A stretch of 64,000 bases of DNA from the human T2T-CHM13v2.0 reference genome, Homo sapiens. Below are positions 40,143 to 54,700 of this stretch, in pieces. The translations under genes were made by a program, and so were the position numbers. The notes under the pieces are model-generated. The model was not told the origin of the DNA. It saw only the letters and a list, made by a program, of their open reading frames with translations, and made no database searches. The stretch lies in NCBI RefSeq assembly GCF_009914755.1, contig NC_060930.1; one strand, written 5' to 3'. Numbering within the stretch: position 1 is the stretch's first letter; every line of letters begins with the position of its first letter.

Positions 40143-43100
40143 CTACGGCGGAAAAAGAAACATCTTCCTATAAAAACTAGACAGAATACTTCTCAGAATC
40201 TGCTTTGCGATGTGTGCGTTCAACTCACAGAGTAAAACTTTTCTTTTGATAGAGCAGTTTTGAAACACTCTTTTTGTAGTATTTGCATGTGTATATTTAG
40301 AGCGCATTGAAGCCCACAGTAGAAAAGGAAATAACTTCACCTAAAACCTAGACAGAAGCAATCTCAGAAACTACTTTGTGATGTGTACATTCAACTCACA
40401 GAGTGGAACTTTCCTCTTTATAGAGCAGTGTTGAAACACTCTTTTTGTAGAAACTGCAAGTGGATATTTGGACCTCTTTGAGGCCTTCGTTGGAAACGGG
40501 ATTTCTTCCTATAACCCTAGACAGAAGAATTTTCAGAAACCTCATTGTGATGTGTGCGTTCATCTCACAGAGTGGAGTCTTCCGTTTGATAGAGAAGTTT
40601 TGAAACCCTGTTCTTGTAGGATTTCCAAGTGGATATTTAGACCACTTTGAAGCCTATGATAGAAAAGGAAACATCTTCATGGAAAACATAGATAGAATCA
40701 TCCTCAGAAACAACTTTGTGATGTGTGCGTTGAACTCACCGTCTTTAACCTTTCTTTTGGTAGAGAAGTTTTGAAACACTCTCTTTGTAAAGTCTACAAG
40801 TGGATATTTTGAGCCCTTGGAGGCATTCTTTGGAAAAGGGAATGTCTTCACATAAAAGGCAGACGGAAGTGTTCTCAGAAACTGCTTTGTGATGTCTGTG
40901 TTCAACTCACAGAGTTTAACATTTCCTTTGATAGAGCGGTTTAGTAACCCTCTCTTTGTAGAATTTGGAAGTGTATACTAAGAGCGCTTTGAGGCCTATG
41001 GTAGAAAAGGAAATATCTTTCCATAAAAGCTAGACAGAAGCAATCTCAGAAACTCCTCTGTGATGTCTGCATTCAACTCACCGAGTGGAACATTCCTCTT
41101 GAGAGAGCAGTTTGGAAACACTCTTTCTGTAGAATCAGCTTGTTTGTATTTGGACCTCCTTGAGGCCTTCGTTGGAAACGGGTTTTCATCTTATAAACCC
41201 AGACAGAAGAATTCTCAGAGTCTTCTTTGTGATGTGTGCTTTCAACTCACCGAGATAAAGATTTCTCTTGATAGAGCAATTTGGAAACACTCTTTTTGTA
41301 GAATTTGCAAGGGTACATTGAGAGCGCTTTCAGGCCTATGGTAGAAAAGGGAATATCTTTCCATAAAAGGTAGACAGAAGCAATCTCAGAAACTACTTTG
41401 TGATGTGTGCATTCAACTCACCGAGTGCAACGTTCCTCTTGACCGAGCAGTTTGGAAACATTGTTTCTGTAGAATCTGCAAGTGGATATTTGGACCTCTT
41501 TGAGGCCTTCGTTGGAAACGGGATTTCTTCCTATAAACCCAGACAGAAGAATTCTCAGAGACTTCTTTGTGATGTGTGAATTCAACTCACAGTGTGGATC
41601 CTTCCTTTTGATAGAGCAGTTTTGAAACCCTGTTTTTGTAGTATTTCCAAGCGGATATTTGGAACGCCTTGAAGCGTATGGTAGAAAAGGAAATATCTTC
41701 CCATAAAACCTAGACAGAACCAATCTCAGAAACGACTTTGTGATGTCTGCATTCAAGTCACAGAGTTGAACATTTCTCTTGATAGAGCAGTTTTGAAACC
41801 CTCTTTCTGAAGGATCTGCAAGTGGATATTTGGAACTCCTTTGGGTCTTCGTTGGAAACGGGATTTCTTCGTATAAATCTAGACAGAAGAATTCTCCGAA
41901 ACTTCTTTGGTTGTGTGCATTCAAGTCACAGAGTGGAACCTTCCTTTGGATAGAGCAGTTTGAAACGCCGTGGTTGTAGTATTTCCAAGCGGATATTAGA
42001 GCGCCTTGAGGCCTATGGTAGAAAAGGAAATATCTTCCCATAAAACCTAGACGGAAGCAATCTCAGAAACTACTGTGTGATGGCTGCATTCCACACACAC
42101 GGTGGAACATTTCTCTTGATAGAGCAGTTTTGAAACACTCTTTCTGTAGAATCTGCAAGTGGATAATTGGACCGCCTTGAGGCCTTCGTTGGAAACGGGA
42201 TTTCTTCATGTTACTCTAGATAGAAGAATTCTCAAACACTGCTATGTGATGTTTGCATTCAAGTCACAGAGTGCAACATTCCTCTTGGTAGAGCAGTTGG
42301 GAAACACTCCTTTTGTAGAATCTGCAATGGGATATTTGGACTTCTTTGAGGCCTTCGTTGGAAACGGGATTTCTTCGTATGAATCTAGACAGAAGAATTC
42401 TCAGAAACTTCCTTGTGATGTGTGCATTCAACTCAGCGAGTGGCACCTTCCTTTGGATACAGCAGTTTTGAAACACTGTTTTTGTAGTATTTCCAAGCGG
42501 ATATTTAGAGCGCCTTGAAGCCTATGCTAGAAATGGAAATATCTCCCCATAAAACCAAGACAGAAGCAATCTCAGAAACTAATGTGTGATGGCTGCATTC
42601 CACACACACGGTGGACCATTTCTCTTGATAGAGCAGTTTTGAAACACTCTTTCTGTAGAATCTGCAAGTGGATAATTGGACCTCCTAGAGGCCTTCGTTG
42701 GAAACGGGATTTCTTCATCTAAACCTACAGAGAAGAATTCTCAGTAACTTCTTCGGATGTGTGCATTCGACTCACAGAATGGAACATTCCCTTTGATAGA
42801 GCAGTTTTGAGACACCGTTTTTGTAGAATTCCCAAGTGGATATTTAGAGCACTTTGAAGTCTCTGCTAGAAAAGGAAACATCTTCATGTAAAAAGTAGAT
42901 AGAATCGTTCTCAGAAAGTGCTTAGTGACGTGTGCGTTCAACTCACAGAGTTTAACGTTTCTTTTGATAGAGCGTTTCTGAAACACCCTTCTTGTAGTAG
43001 CTGCAAGTGGATATTTGGACCTATTGGAGGCCTTCTTTGGAAATGGGATTTCTTCATGTAACTCTAGATTGAAGAGTTCTCAGAAACTCCTTTGTGATGT

Positions 43101-43199
43101 GTGCATTCAATTCAAAGAGTGAAACCTCCCTTTTCACAGAGCAGTTTTGAAACACTGTTTTTGTAGGATTTCCAAGGGGATATTTATAGCGCATTGAGC
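40143..43199 (+). repeat. 18-mer HOR U15 (3057 bp)
   Basis: Spacing 3057; neither deletion present. Confidence 0.95.
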
Positions 43200-45747
43200 C
43201 TACGGCGGAAAAAGAAATATCTTCCTATAAAAACTAGACAGAATACTTCTCAGAATCTGCTTTGCGATGTGTGCGTTCAACTCACAGAGTAAAACTTTTC
43301 TTTTGATAGAGCAGTTTTGAAACACTCTTTTTGTAGTATTTGCATGTGTATATTTAGAGCGCATTGAAGCCCACAGTAGAAAAGGAAATAACTTCACCTA
43401 AAACCTAGACAGAAGCAATCTCAGAAACTACTTTGTGATGTGTACATTCAACTCACAGAGTGGAACTTTCCTCTTTATAGAGCAGTGTTGAAACACTCTT
43501 TTTGTAGAAACTGCAAGTGGATATTTGGACCTCTTTGAGGCCTTCGTTGGAAACGGGATTTCTTCCTATAACCCTAGACAGAAGAATTTTCAGAAACCTC
43601 ATTGTGATGTGTGCGTTCATCTCACAGAGTGGAGTCTTCCGTTTGATAGAGAAGTTTTGAAACCCTGTTCTTGTAGGATTTCCAAGTGGATATTTAGACC
43701 ACTTTGAAGCCTATGATAGAAAAGGAATCATCTTCATGGAAAACATAGATAGAATCATTCTCAGAAACAACTTTGTGATGTGTGCGTTGAACTCACCGTC
43801 TTTAACCTTTCTTTTGGTAGAGAAGTTTTGAAACACTCTCTTTGTAAAGTCTACAAGTGGATATTTTGAGCCCTTGGAGGCATTCTTTGGAAAAGGGAAT
43901 GTCTTCACATAAAAGGCAGACAGAAGTGTTCTCAGAAACTGCTTTGTGATGTCTGTGTTCAACTCACATTTAACATTTCCTTTGATAGAGCGGTTTAGTA
44001 ACCCTCTCTTTGTAGAATTTGGAAGTGTATACTAAGAGCGCTTTGAGGCCTATGGTAGAAAAGGAAATATCTTTCCATAAAAGCTAGACAGAAGCAATCT
44101 CAGAAACTCCTCTGTGATGTCTGCATTCAACTCACCGAGTGGAACATTCCTCTTGAGAGAGCAGTTTGGAAACACTCTTTCTGTAGAATCAGCTTGTTTG
44201 TATTTGGACCTCCTTGAGGCCTTCGTTGGAAACGGGTTTTCATCTTATAAACCCAGACAGAAGAATTCTCAGAGTCTTCTCTGTGATGTGTGCTTTCAAC
44301 TCACCGAGATAAAGATTTCTCTTGATAGAGCAATTTGGAAACACTCTTTTTGTAGAATTTGCAAGGGTACATTGAGAGCGCTTTCAGGCCTATGGTAGAA
44401 AAGGGAATATCTTTCCATAAAAGGTAGACAGAAGCAATCTCAGAAACTACTTTGTGATGTGTGCATTCAACTCACCGAGTGCAACGTTCCTCTTGACCGA
44501 GCAGTTTGGAAACATTGTTTCTGTAGAATCTGCAAGTGGATATTTGGACCTCTTTGAGGCCTTCGTTGGAAACGGGATTTCTTCCTATAAACCCAGACAG
44601 AAGAATTCTCAGAGACTTCTTTGTGATGTGTGAATTCAACTCACAGTGTGGATCCTTCCTTTTGATAGAGCAGTTTTGAAACCCTGTTTTTGTAGTATTT
44701 CCAAGCGGATATTTAGAACGCCTTGAAGCGTATGGTAGAAAAGGAAATATCTTCCCATAAAACCTAGACAGAACCAATCTCAGAAACGACTTTGTGATGT
44801 CTGCATTCAAGTCACAGAGTTGAACATTTCTCTTGATAGAGCAGTTTTGAAACCCTCTTTCTGAAGGATCTGCAAGTGGATATTTGGAACTCCTTTGGGT
44901 CTTCGTTGGAAACGGGATTTCTTCGTATAAATCTAGACAGAAGAATTCTCAGAAACTTCCTTGTGATGTGTGCATTCAACTCAGCGAGTGGCACCTTCCT
45001 TTGGATACAGCAGTTTTGAAACACTGTTTTTGTAGTATTTCCAAGCGGATATTTAGAGCGCCTTGAAGCCTATGCTAGAAATGGAAATATCTCCCCATAA
45101 AACCAAGACGGAAGCAATCTCAGAAACTAATGTGTGATGGCTGCATTCCACACACACGGTGGACCATTTCTCTTGATAGAGCAGTTTTGAAACACTCTTT
45201 CTGTAGAATCTGCAAGTGGATAATTGGACCTCCTAGAGGCCTTCGTTGGAAACGGGATTTCTTCATCTAAACCTACAGAGAAGTATTCTCAGTAACTTCT
45301 TCGGATGTGTGCATTCGACGCACAGAATGGAACATTCCCTTTGATAGAGCAGTTTTGAGACACCGTTTTTGTAGAATTCCCAAGTGGATATTTAGAGCAC
45401 TTTGAAGTCTCTGCTAGAAAAGGAAACATCTTCATGTAAAAAGTAGATAGAATCGTTCTCAGAAAGTGCTTAGTGACGTGTGCGTTCAACTCACAGAGTT
45501 TAACGTTTCTTTTGATAGAGCGTTTCTGAAACACCCTTCTTGTAGTAGCTGCAAGTGGATATTTGGACCTATTGGAGGCCTTCTTTGGAAATGGGATTTC
45601 TTCATGTAACTCTAGATTGAAGAGTTCTCAGAAACTCCTTTGTGATGTGTGCATTCAATTCAAAGAGTGAAACCTCCCTTTTCACAGAGCAGTTTTGAAA
45701 CACTGTTTTTGTAGGATTTCCAAGGGGATATTTATAGCGCATTGAGC
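43200..45747 (+). repeat. 15-mer with 3-bp deletion (U16, 2548 bp)
   Basis: 3-bp deletion after 43968; 506-bp junction at ~44930. Confidence 0.95.
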
Positions 45748-48700
45748 CTACGGTGGAAAAAGAAACATCTTCCTATAAAAACTAGACAGAATACTTCTCA
45801 GAATCTGCTTTGCGATGTGTGCGTTCAACTCACAGAGTAAAACTTTTCTTTTGATAGAGCAGTTTTGAAACACTCTTTTTGTAGTATTTGCATGTGTATA
45901 TTTAGAGCGCATTGAAGCCCACAGTAGAAAAGGAAATAACTTCACCTAAAACCTAGACAGAAGCAATCTCAGAAACTACTTTGTGATGTGTACATTCAAC
46001 TCACAGAGTGGAACTTTCCTCTTTATAGAGCAGTGTTGAAACACTCTTTTTGTAGAAACTGCAAGTGGATATTTGGACCTCTTTGAGGCCTTCGTTGGAA
46101 ACGGGATTTCTTCCTATAACCCTAGACAGAAGAATTTTCAGAAACCTCATTGTGATGTGTGCGTTCATCTCACAGAGTGGAGTCTTCCGTTTGATAGAGA
46201 AGTTTTGAAACCCTGTTCTTGTAGGATTTCCAAGTGGATATTTAGACCACTTTGAAGCCTATGATAGAAAAGGAAACATCTTCATGGAAAACATAGATAG
46301 AATCATCCTCAGAAACAACTTTGTGATGTGTGCGTTGAACTCACCGTCTTTAACCTTTCTTTTGGTAGAGAAGTTTTGAAACACTCTCTTTGTAAAGTCT
46401 ACAAGTGGATATTTTGAGCCCTTGGAGGCATTCTTTGGAAAAGGGAATGTCTTCACATAAAAGGCAGACGGAAGTGTTCTCAGAAACTGCTTTGTGATGT
46501 CTGTGTTCAACTCACAGAGTTTAACATTTCCTTTGATAGAGCGGTTTAGTAACCCTCTCTTTGTAGAATTTGGAAGTGTATACTAAGAGCGCTTTGAGGC
46601 CTATGGTAGAAAAGGAAATATCTTTCCATAAAAGCTAGACAGAAGCAATCTCAGAAACTCCTCTGTGATGTCTGCATTCAACTCACCGAGTGGAACATTC
46701 CTCTTGAGAGAGCAGTTTGGAAACACTCTTTCTGTAGAATCAGCTTGTTTGTATTTGGACCTCCTTGAGGCCTTCGTTGGAAACGGGTTTTCATCTTATA
46801 AACCCAGACAGAAGAATTCTCAGAGTCTTCTTTGTGATGTGTGCTTTCAACTCACCGAGATAAAGATTTCTCTTGATAGAGCAATTTGGAAACACTCTTT
46901 TTGTAGAATTTGCAAGGGTACATTGAGAGCGCTTTCAGGCCTATGGTAGAAAAGGGAATATCTTTCCATAAAAGGTAGACAGAAGCAATCTCAGAAACTA
47001 CTTTGTGATGTGTGCATTCAACTCACCGAGTGCAACGTTCCTCTTGACCGAGCAGTTTGGAAACATTGTTTCTGTAGAATCTGCAAGTGGATATTTGGAC
47101 CTCTTTGAGGCCTTCGTTGGAAACGGGATTTCTTCCTATAAACCCAGACAGAAGAATTCTCAGAGACTTCTTTGTGATGTGTGAATTCAACTCACAGTGT
47201 GGATCCTTCCTTTTGATAGAGCAGTTTTGAAACCCTGTTTTTGTAGTATTTCCAAGCGGATATTTGGAACGCCTTGAAGCGTATGGTAGAAAAGGAAATA
47301 TCTTCCCATAAAACCTAGACAGAACCAATCTCAGAAACGACTTTGTGATGTCTGCATTCAAGTCACAGAGTTGAACATTTCTCTTGATAGAGCAGTTTTG
47401 AAACCCTCTTTCTGAAGGATCTGCAAGTGGATATTTGGAACTCCTTTGGGTCTTCGTTGGAAACGGGATTTCTTCGTATAAATCTAGACAGAAGAATTCT
47501 CCGAAACTTCTTTGGTTGTGTGCATTCAAGTCACAGAGTGGAACCTTCCTTTGGATAGAGCAGTTTGAAACGCCGTGGTTGTAGTATTTCCAAGCGGATA
47601 TTAGAGCGCCTTGAGGCCTATGGTAGAAAAGGAAATATCTTCCCATAAAACCTAGACGGAAGCAATCTCAGAAACTACTGTGTGATGGCTGCATTCCACA
47701 CACACGGTGGAACATTTCTCTTGATAGAGCAGTTTTGAAACACTCTTTCTGTAGAATCTGCAAGTGGATAATTGGACCGCCTTGAGGCCTTCGTTGGAAA
47801 CGGGATTTCTTCATGTTACTCTAGATAGAAGAATTCTCAAACACTGCTATGTGATGTTTGCATTCAAGTCACAGAGTGCAACATTCCTCTTGGTAGAGCA
47901 GTTGGGAAACACTCCTTTTGTAGAATCTGCAATGGGATATTTGGACTTCTTTGAGGCCTTCGTTGGAAACGGGATTTCTTCGTATGAATCTAGACAGAAG
48001 AATTCTCAGAAACTTCCTTGTGATGTGTGCATTCAACTCAGCGAGTGGCACCTTCCTTTGGATACAGCAGTTTTGAAACACTGTTTTTGTAGTATTTCCA
48101 AGCGGATATTTAGAGCGCCTTGAAGCCTATGCTAGAAATGGAAATATCTCCCCATAAAACCAAGACAGAAGCAATCTCAGAAACTAATGTGTGATGGCTG
48201 CATTCCACACACACGGTGGACCATTTCTCTTGATAGAGCAGTTTTGAAACACTCTTTCTGTAGAATCTGCAAGTGGATAATTGGACCTCCTAGAGGCCTT
48301 CGTTGGAAACGGGATTTCTTCATCTAAACCTACAGAGAAGAATTCTCAGTAACTTCTTCGGATGTGTGCATTCGACGCACAGAATGGAACATTCCCTTTG
48401 ATAGAGCAGTTTTGAGACACCGTTTTTGTAGAATTCCCAAGTGGATATTTAGAGCACTTTGAAGTCTCTGCTAGAAAAGGAAACATCTTCATGTAAAAAG
48501 TAGATAGAATCGTTCTCAGAAAGTGCTTAGTGACGTGTGCGTTCAACTCACAGAGTTTAACGTTTCTTTTGATAGAGCGTTTCTGAAACACCCTTCTTGT
48601 AGTAGCTGCAAGTGGATATTTGGACCTATTGGAGGCCTTCTTTGGAAACGGGATTTCTTCATGTAACTCTAGATTGAAGAATTCTCAGAAACTCCTTTGT

Positions 48701-51700
48701 GATGTGTGCATTCAATTCAAAGAGTGAAACCTCCCTTTTCACAGAGCAGTTTTGAAACACTGTTTTTGTAGGATTTCCAAGGGGATATTTATAGCGCATT
48801 GAGCCTACGGCGGAAAAAGAAACATCTTCCTATAAAAACTAGACAGAATACTTCTCAGAATCTGCTTTGCGATGTGTGCGTTCAACTCACAGAGTAAAAC
48901 TTTTCTTTTGATAGAGCAGTTTTGAAACACTCTTTTTGTAGTATTTGCATGTGTATATTTAGAGCGCATTGAAGCCCACAGTAGAAAAGGAAATAACTTC
49001 ACCTAAAACCTAGACAGAAGCAATCTCAGAAACTACTTTGTGATGTGTACATTCAACTCACAGAGTGGAACTTTCCTCTTTATAGAGCAGTGTTGAAACA
49101 CTCTTTTTGTAGAAACTGCAAGTGGATATTTGGACCTCTTTGAGGCCTTCGTTGGAAACGGGATTTCTTCCTATAACCCTAGACAGAAGAATTTTCAGAA
49201 ACCTCATTGTGATGTGTGCGTTCATCTCACAGAGTGGAGTCTTCCGTTTGATAGAGAAGTTTTGAAACCCTGTTCTTGTAGGATTTCCAAGTGGATATTT
49301 AGACCACTTTGAAGCCTATGATAGAAAAGGAAACATCTTCATGGAAAACATAGATAGAATCATCCTCAGAAACAACTTTGTGATGTGTGCGTTGAACTCA
49401 CCGTCTTTAACCTTTCTTTTGGTAGAGAAGTTTTGAAACACTCTCTTTGTAAAGTCTACAAGTGGATATTTTGAGCCCTTGGAGGCATTCTTTGGAAAAG
49501 GGAATGTCTTCACATAAAAGGCAGACGGAAATGTTCTCAGAAACTGCTTTGTGATGTCTGTGTTCAACTCACAGAGTTTAACATTTCCTTTGATAGAGCG
49601 GTTTAGTAACCCTCTCTTTGTAGAATTTGGAAGTGTATACTAAGAGCGCTTTGAGGCCTATGGTAGAAAAGGAAATATCTTTCCATAAAAGCTAGACAGA
49701 AGCAATCTCAGAAACTCCTCTGTGATGTCTGCATTCAACTCACCGAGTGGAACATTCCTCTTGAGAGAGCAGTTTGGAAACACTCTTTCTGTAGAATCAG
49801 CTTGTTTGTATTTGGACCTCCTTGAGGCCTTCGTTGGAAACGGGTTTTCATCTTATAAACCCAGACAGAAGAATTCTCAGAGTCTTCTTTGTGATGTGTG
49901 CTTTCAACTCACCGAGATAAAGATTTCTCTTGATAGAGCAATTTGGAAACACTCTTTTTGTAGAATTTGCAAGGGTACATTGAGAGCGCTTTCAGGCCTA
50001 TGGTAGAAAAGGAAATATCTTTCCATAAAAGGTAGACAGAAGCAATCTCAGAAACTACTTTGTGATGTGTGCATTCAACTCACCGAGTGCAACGTTCCTC
50101 TTGACCGAGCAGTTTGGAAACATTGTTTCTGTAGAATCTGCAAGTGGATATTTGGACCTCTTTGAGGCCTTCGTTGGAAACGGGATTTCTTCCTATAAAC
50201 CCAGACAGAAGAATTCTCAGAGACTTCTTTGTGATGTGTGAATTCAACTCACAGTGTGGATCCTTCCTTTTGATAGAGCAGTTTTGAAACCCTGTTTTTG
50301 TAGTATTTCCAAGCGGATATTTGGAACGCCTTGAAGCGTATGGTAGAAAAGGAAATATCTTCCCATAAAACCTAGACAGAACCAATCTCAGAAACGACTT
50401 TGTGATGTCTGCATTCAAGTCACAGAGTTGAACATTTCTCTTGATAGAGCAGTTTTGAAACCCTCTTTCTGAAGGATCTGCAAGTGGATATTTGGAACTC
50501 CTTTGGGTCTTCGTTGGAAACGGGATTTCTTCGTATAAATCTAGACAGAAGAATTCTCCGAAACTTCTTTGGTTGTGTGCATTCAAGTCACAGAGTGGAA
50601 CCTTCCTTTGGATAGAGCAGTTTGAAACGCCGTGGTTGTAGTATTTCCAAGCGGATATTAGAGCGCCTTGAGGCCTATGGTAGAAAAGGAAATATCTTCC
50701 CATAAAACCTAGACGGAAGCAATCTCAGAAACTACTGTGTGATGGCTGCATTCCACACACACGGTGGAACATTTCTCTTGATAGAGCAGTTTTGAAACAC
50801 TCTTTCTGTAGAATCTGCAAGTGGATAATTGGACCGCCTTGAGGCCTTCGTTGGAAACGGGATTTCTTCATGTTACTCTAGATAGAAGAATTCTCAAACA
50901 CTGCTATGTGATGTTTGCATTCAAGTCACAGAGTGCAACATTCCTCTTGGTAGAGCAGTTGGGAAACACTCCTTTTGTAGAATCTGCAATGGGATATTTG
51001 GACTTCTTTGAGGCCTTCGTTGGAAACGGGATTTCTTCGTATGAATCTAGACAGAAGAATTCTCAGAAACTTCCTTGTGATGTGTGCATTCAACTCAGCG
51101 AGTGGCACCTTCCTTTGGATACAGCAGTTTTGAAACACTGTTTTTGTAGTATTTCCAAGCGGATATTTAGAGCGCCTTGAAGCCTATGCTAGAAATGGAA
51201 ATATCTCCCCATAAAACCAAGACAGAAGCAATCTCAGAAACTAATGTGTGATGGCTGCATTCCACACACACGGTGGACCATTTCTCTTGATAGAGCAGTT
51301 TTGAAACACTCTTTCTGTAGAATCTGCAAGTGGATAATTGGACCTCCTAGAGGCCTTCGTTGGAAACGGGATTTCTTCATCTAAACCTACAGAGAAGAAT
51401 TCTCAGTAACTTCTTCGGATGTGTGCATTCGACGCACAGAATGGAACATTCCCTTTGATAGAGCAGTTTTGAGACACCGTTTTTGTAGAATTCCCAAGTG
51501 GATATTTAGAGCACTTTGAAGTCTCTGCTAGAAAAGGAAACATCTTCATGTAAAAAGTAGATAGAATCGTTCTCAGAAAGTGCTTAGTGACGTGTGCGTT
51601 CAACTCACAGAGTTTAACGTTTCTTTTGATAGAGCGTTTCTGAAACACCCTTCTTGTAGTAGCTGCAAGTGGATATTTGGACCTATTGGAGGCCTTCTTT

Positions 51701-54700
51701 GGAAACGGGATTTCTTCATGTAACACTAGATTGAAGAATTCTCAGAAACTCCTTTGTGATGTGTGCATTCAATTCAAAGAGTGAAACCTCCCTTTTCACA
51801 GAGCAGTTTTGAAACACTGTTTTTGTAGGATTTCCAAGGGGATATTTATAGCGCATTGAGCCTACGGCGGAAAAAGAAACATCTTCCTATAAAAACTAGA
51901 CAGAATACTTCTCAGAATCTGCTTTGCGATGTGTGCGTTCAACTCACAGAGTAAAACTTTTCTTTTGATAGAGCAGTTTTGAAACACTCTTTTTGTAGTA
52001 TTTGCATGTGTATATTTAGAGCGCATTGAAGCCCACAGTAGAAAAGGAAATAACTTCACCTAAAACCTAGACAGAAGCAATCTCAGAAACTACTTTGTGA
52101 TGTGTACATTCAACTCACAGAGTGGAACTTTCCTCTTTATAGAGCAGTGTTGAAACACTCTTTTTGTAGAAACTGCAAGTGGATATTTGGACCTCTTTGA
52201 GGCCTTCGTTGGAAACGGGATTTCTTCCTATAACCCTAGACAGAAGAATTTTCAGAAACCTCATTGTGATGTGTGCGTTCATCTCACAGAGTGGAGTCTT
52301 CCGTTTGATAGAGAAGTTTTGAAACCCTGTTCTTGTAGGATTTCCAAGTGGATATTTAGACCACTTTGAAGCCTATGATAGAAAAGGAAACATCTTCATG
52401 GAAAACATAGATAGAATCATCCTCAGAAACAACTTTGTGATGTGTGCGTTGAACTCACCGTCTTTAACCTTTCTTTTGGTAGAGAAGTTTTGAAACACTC
52501 TCTTTGTAAAGTCTACAAGTGGATATTTTGAGCCCTTGGAGGCATTCTTTGGAAAAGGGAATGTTTTCACATAAAAGGCAGACGGAAATGTTCTCAGAAA
52601 CTGCTTTGTGATGTCTGTGTTCAACTCACAGAGTTTAACATTTCCTTTGATAGAGCGGTTTAGTAACCCTCTCTTTGTAGAATTTGGAAGTGTATACTAA
52701 GAGCGCTTTGAGGCCTATGGTAGAAAAGGAAATATCTTTCCATAAAAGCTAGACAGAAGCAATCTCAGAAACTCCTCTGTGATGTCTGCATTCAACTCAC
52801 CGAGTGGAACATTCCTCTTGAGAGAGCAGTTTGGAAACACTCTTTCTGTAGAATCAGCTTGTTTGTATTTGGACCTCCTTGAGGCCTTCGTTGGAAACGG
52901 GTTTTCATCTTATAAACCCAGACAGAAGAATTCTCAGAGTCTTCTTTGTGATGTGTGCTTTCAACTCACCGAGATAAAGATTTCTCTTGATAGAGCAATT
53001 TGGAAACACTCTTTTTGTAGAATTTGCAAGGGTACATTGAGAGCGCTTTCAGGCCTATGGTAGAAAAGGAAATATCTTTCCATAAAAGGTAGACAGAAGC
53101 AATCTCAGAAACTACTTTGTGATGTGTGCATTCAACTCACCGAGTGCAACGTTCCTCTTGACCGAGCAGTTTGGAAACATTGTTTCTGTAGAATCTGCAA
53201 GTGGATATTTGGACCTCTTTGAGGCCTTCGTTGGAAACGGGATTTCTTCCTATAAACCCAGACAGAAGAATTCTCAGAGACTTCTTTGTGATGTGTGAAT
53301 TCAACTCACAGTGTGGATCCTTCCTTTTGATAGAGCAGTTTTGAAACCCTGTTTTTGTAGTATTTCCAAGCGGATATTTGGAACGCCTTGAAGCGTATGG
53401 TAGAAAAGGAAATATCTTCCCATAAAACCTAGACAGAACCAATCTCAGAAACGACTTTGTGATGTCTGCATTCAAGTCACAGAGTTGAACATTTCTCTTG
53501 ATAGAGCAGTTTTGAAACCCTCTTTCTGAAGGATCTGCAAGTGGATATTTGGAACTCCTTTGGGTCTTCGTTGGAAACGGGATTTCTTCGTATAAATCTA
53601 GACAGAAGAATTCTCCGAAACTTCTTTGGTTGTGTGCATTCAAGTCACAGAGTGGAACCTTCCTTTGGATAGAGCAGTTTGAAACGCCGTGGTTGTAGTA
53701 TTTCCAAGCGGATATTAGAGCGCCTTGAGGCCTATGGTAGAAAAGGAAATATCTTCCCATAAAACCTAGACGGAAGCAATCTCAGAAACTACTGTGTGAT
53801 GGCTGCATTCCACACACACGGTGGAACATTTCTCTTGATAGAGCAGTTTTGAAACACTCTTTCTGTAGAATCTGCAAGTGGATAATTGGACCGCCTTGAG
53901 GCCTTCGTTGGAAACGGGATTTCTTCATGTTACTCTAGATAGAAGAATTCTCAAACACTGCTATGTGATGTTTGCATTCAAGTCACAGAGTGCAACATTC
54001 CTCTTGGTAGAGCAGTTGGGAAACACTCCTTTTGTAGAATCTGCAATGGGATATTTGGACTTCTTTGAGGCCTTCGTTGGAAACGGGATTTCTTCGTATG
54101 AATCTAGACAGAAGAATTCTCAGAAACTTCCTTGTGATGTGTGCATTCAACTCAGCGAGTGGCACCTTCCTTTGGATACAGCAGTTTTGAAACACTGTTT
54201 TTGTAGTATTTCCAAGCGGATATTTAGAGCGCCTTGAAGCCTATGCTAGAAATGGAAATATCTCCCCATAAAACCAAGACAGAAGCAATCTCAGAAACTA
54301 ATGTGTGATGGCTGCATTCCACACACACGGTGGACCATTTCTCTTGATAGAGCAGTTTTGAAACACTCTTTCTGTAGAATCTGCAAGTGGATAATTGGAC
54401 CTCCTAGAGGCCTTCGTTGGAAACGGGATTTCTTCATCTAAACCTACAGAGAAGAATTCTCAGTAACTTCTTCGGATGTGTGCATTCGACGCACAGAATG
54501 GAACATTCCCTTTGATAGAGCAGTTTTGAGACACCGTTTTTGTAGAATTCCCAAGTGGATATTTAGAGCACTTTGAAGTCTCTGCTAGAAAAGGAAACAT
54601 CTTCATGTAAAAAGTAGATAGAATCGTTCTCAGAAAGTGCTTAGTGACGTGTGCGTTCAACTCACAGAGTTTAACGTTTCTTTTGATAGAGCGTTTCTGA

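Noticed and set aside
45748-45764. C>T at 45754 bringing an A box closer to the pJalpha motif
   Set aside because: A single-copy CpG transition, fully explained by methyl-C deamination.
51403-51726. ORF extended to 107 aa in one unit
   Set aside because: Caused by a single SNV near 51725 (TAACACTAG versus TAACTCTAG) that creates an alternative start codon; incidental.
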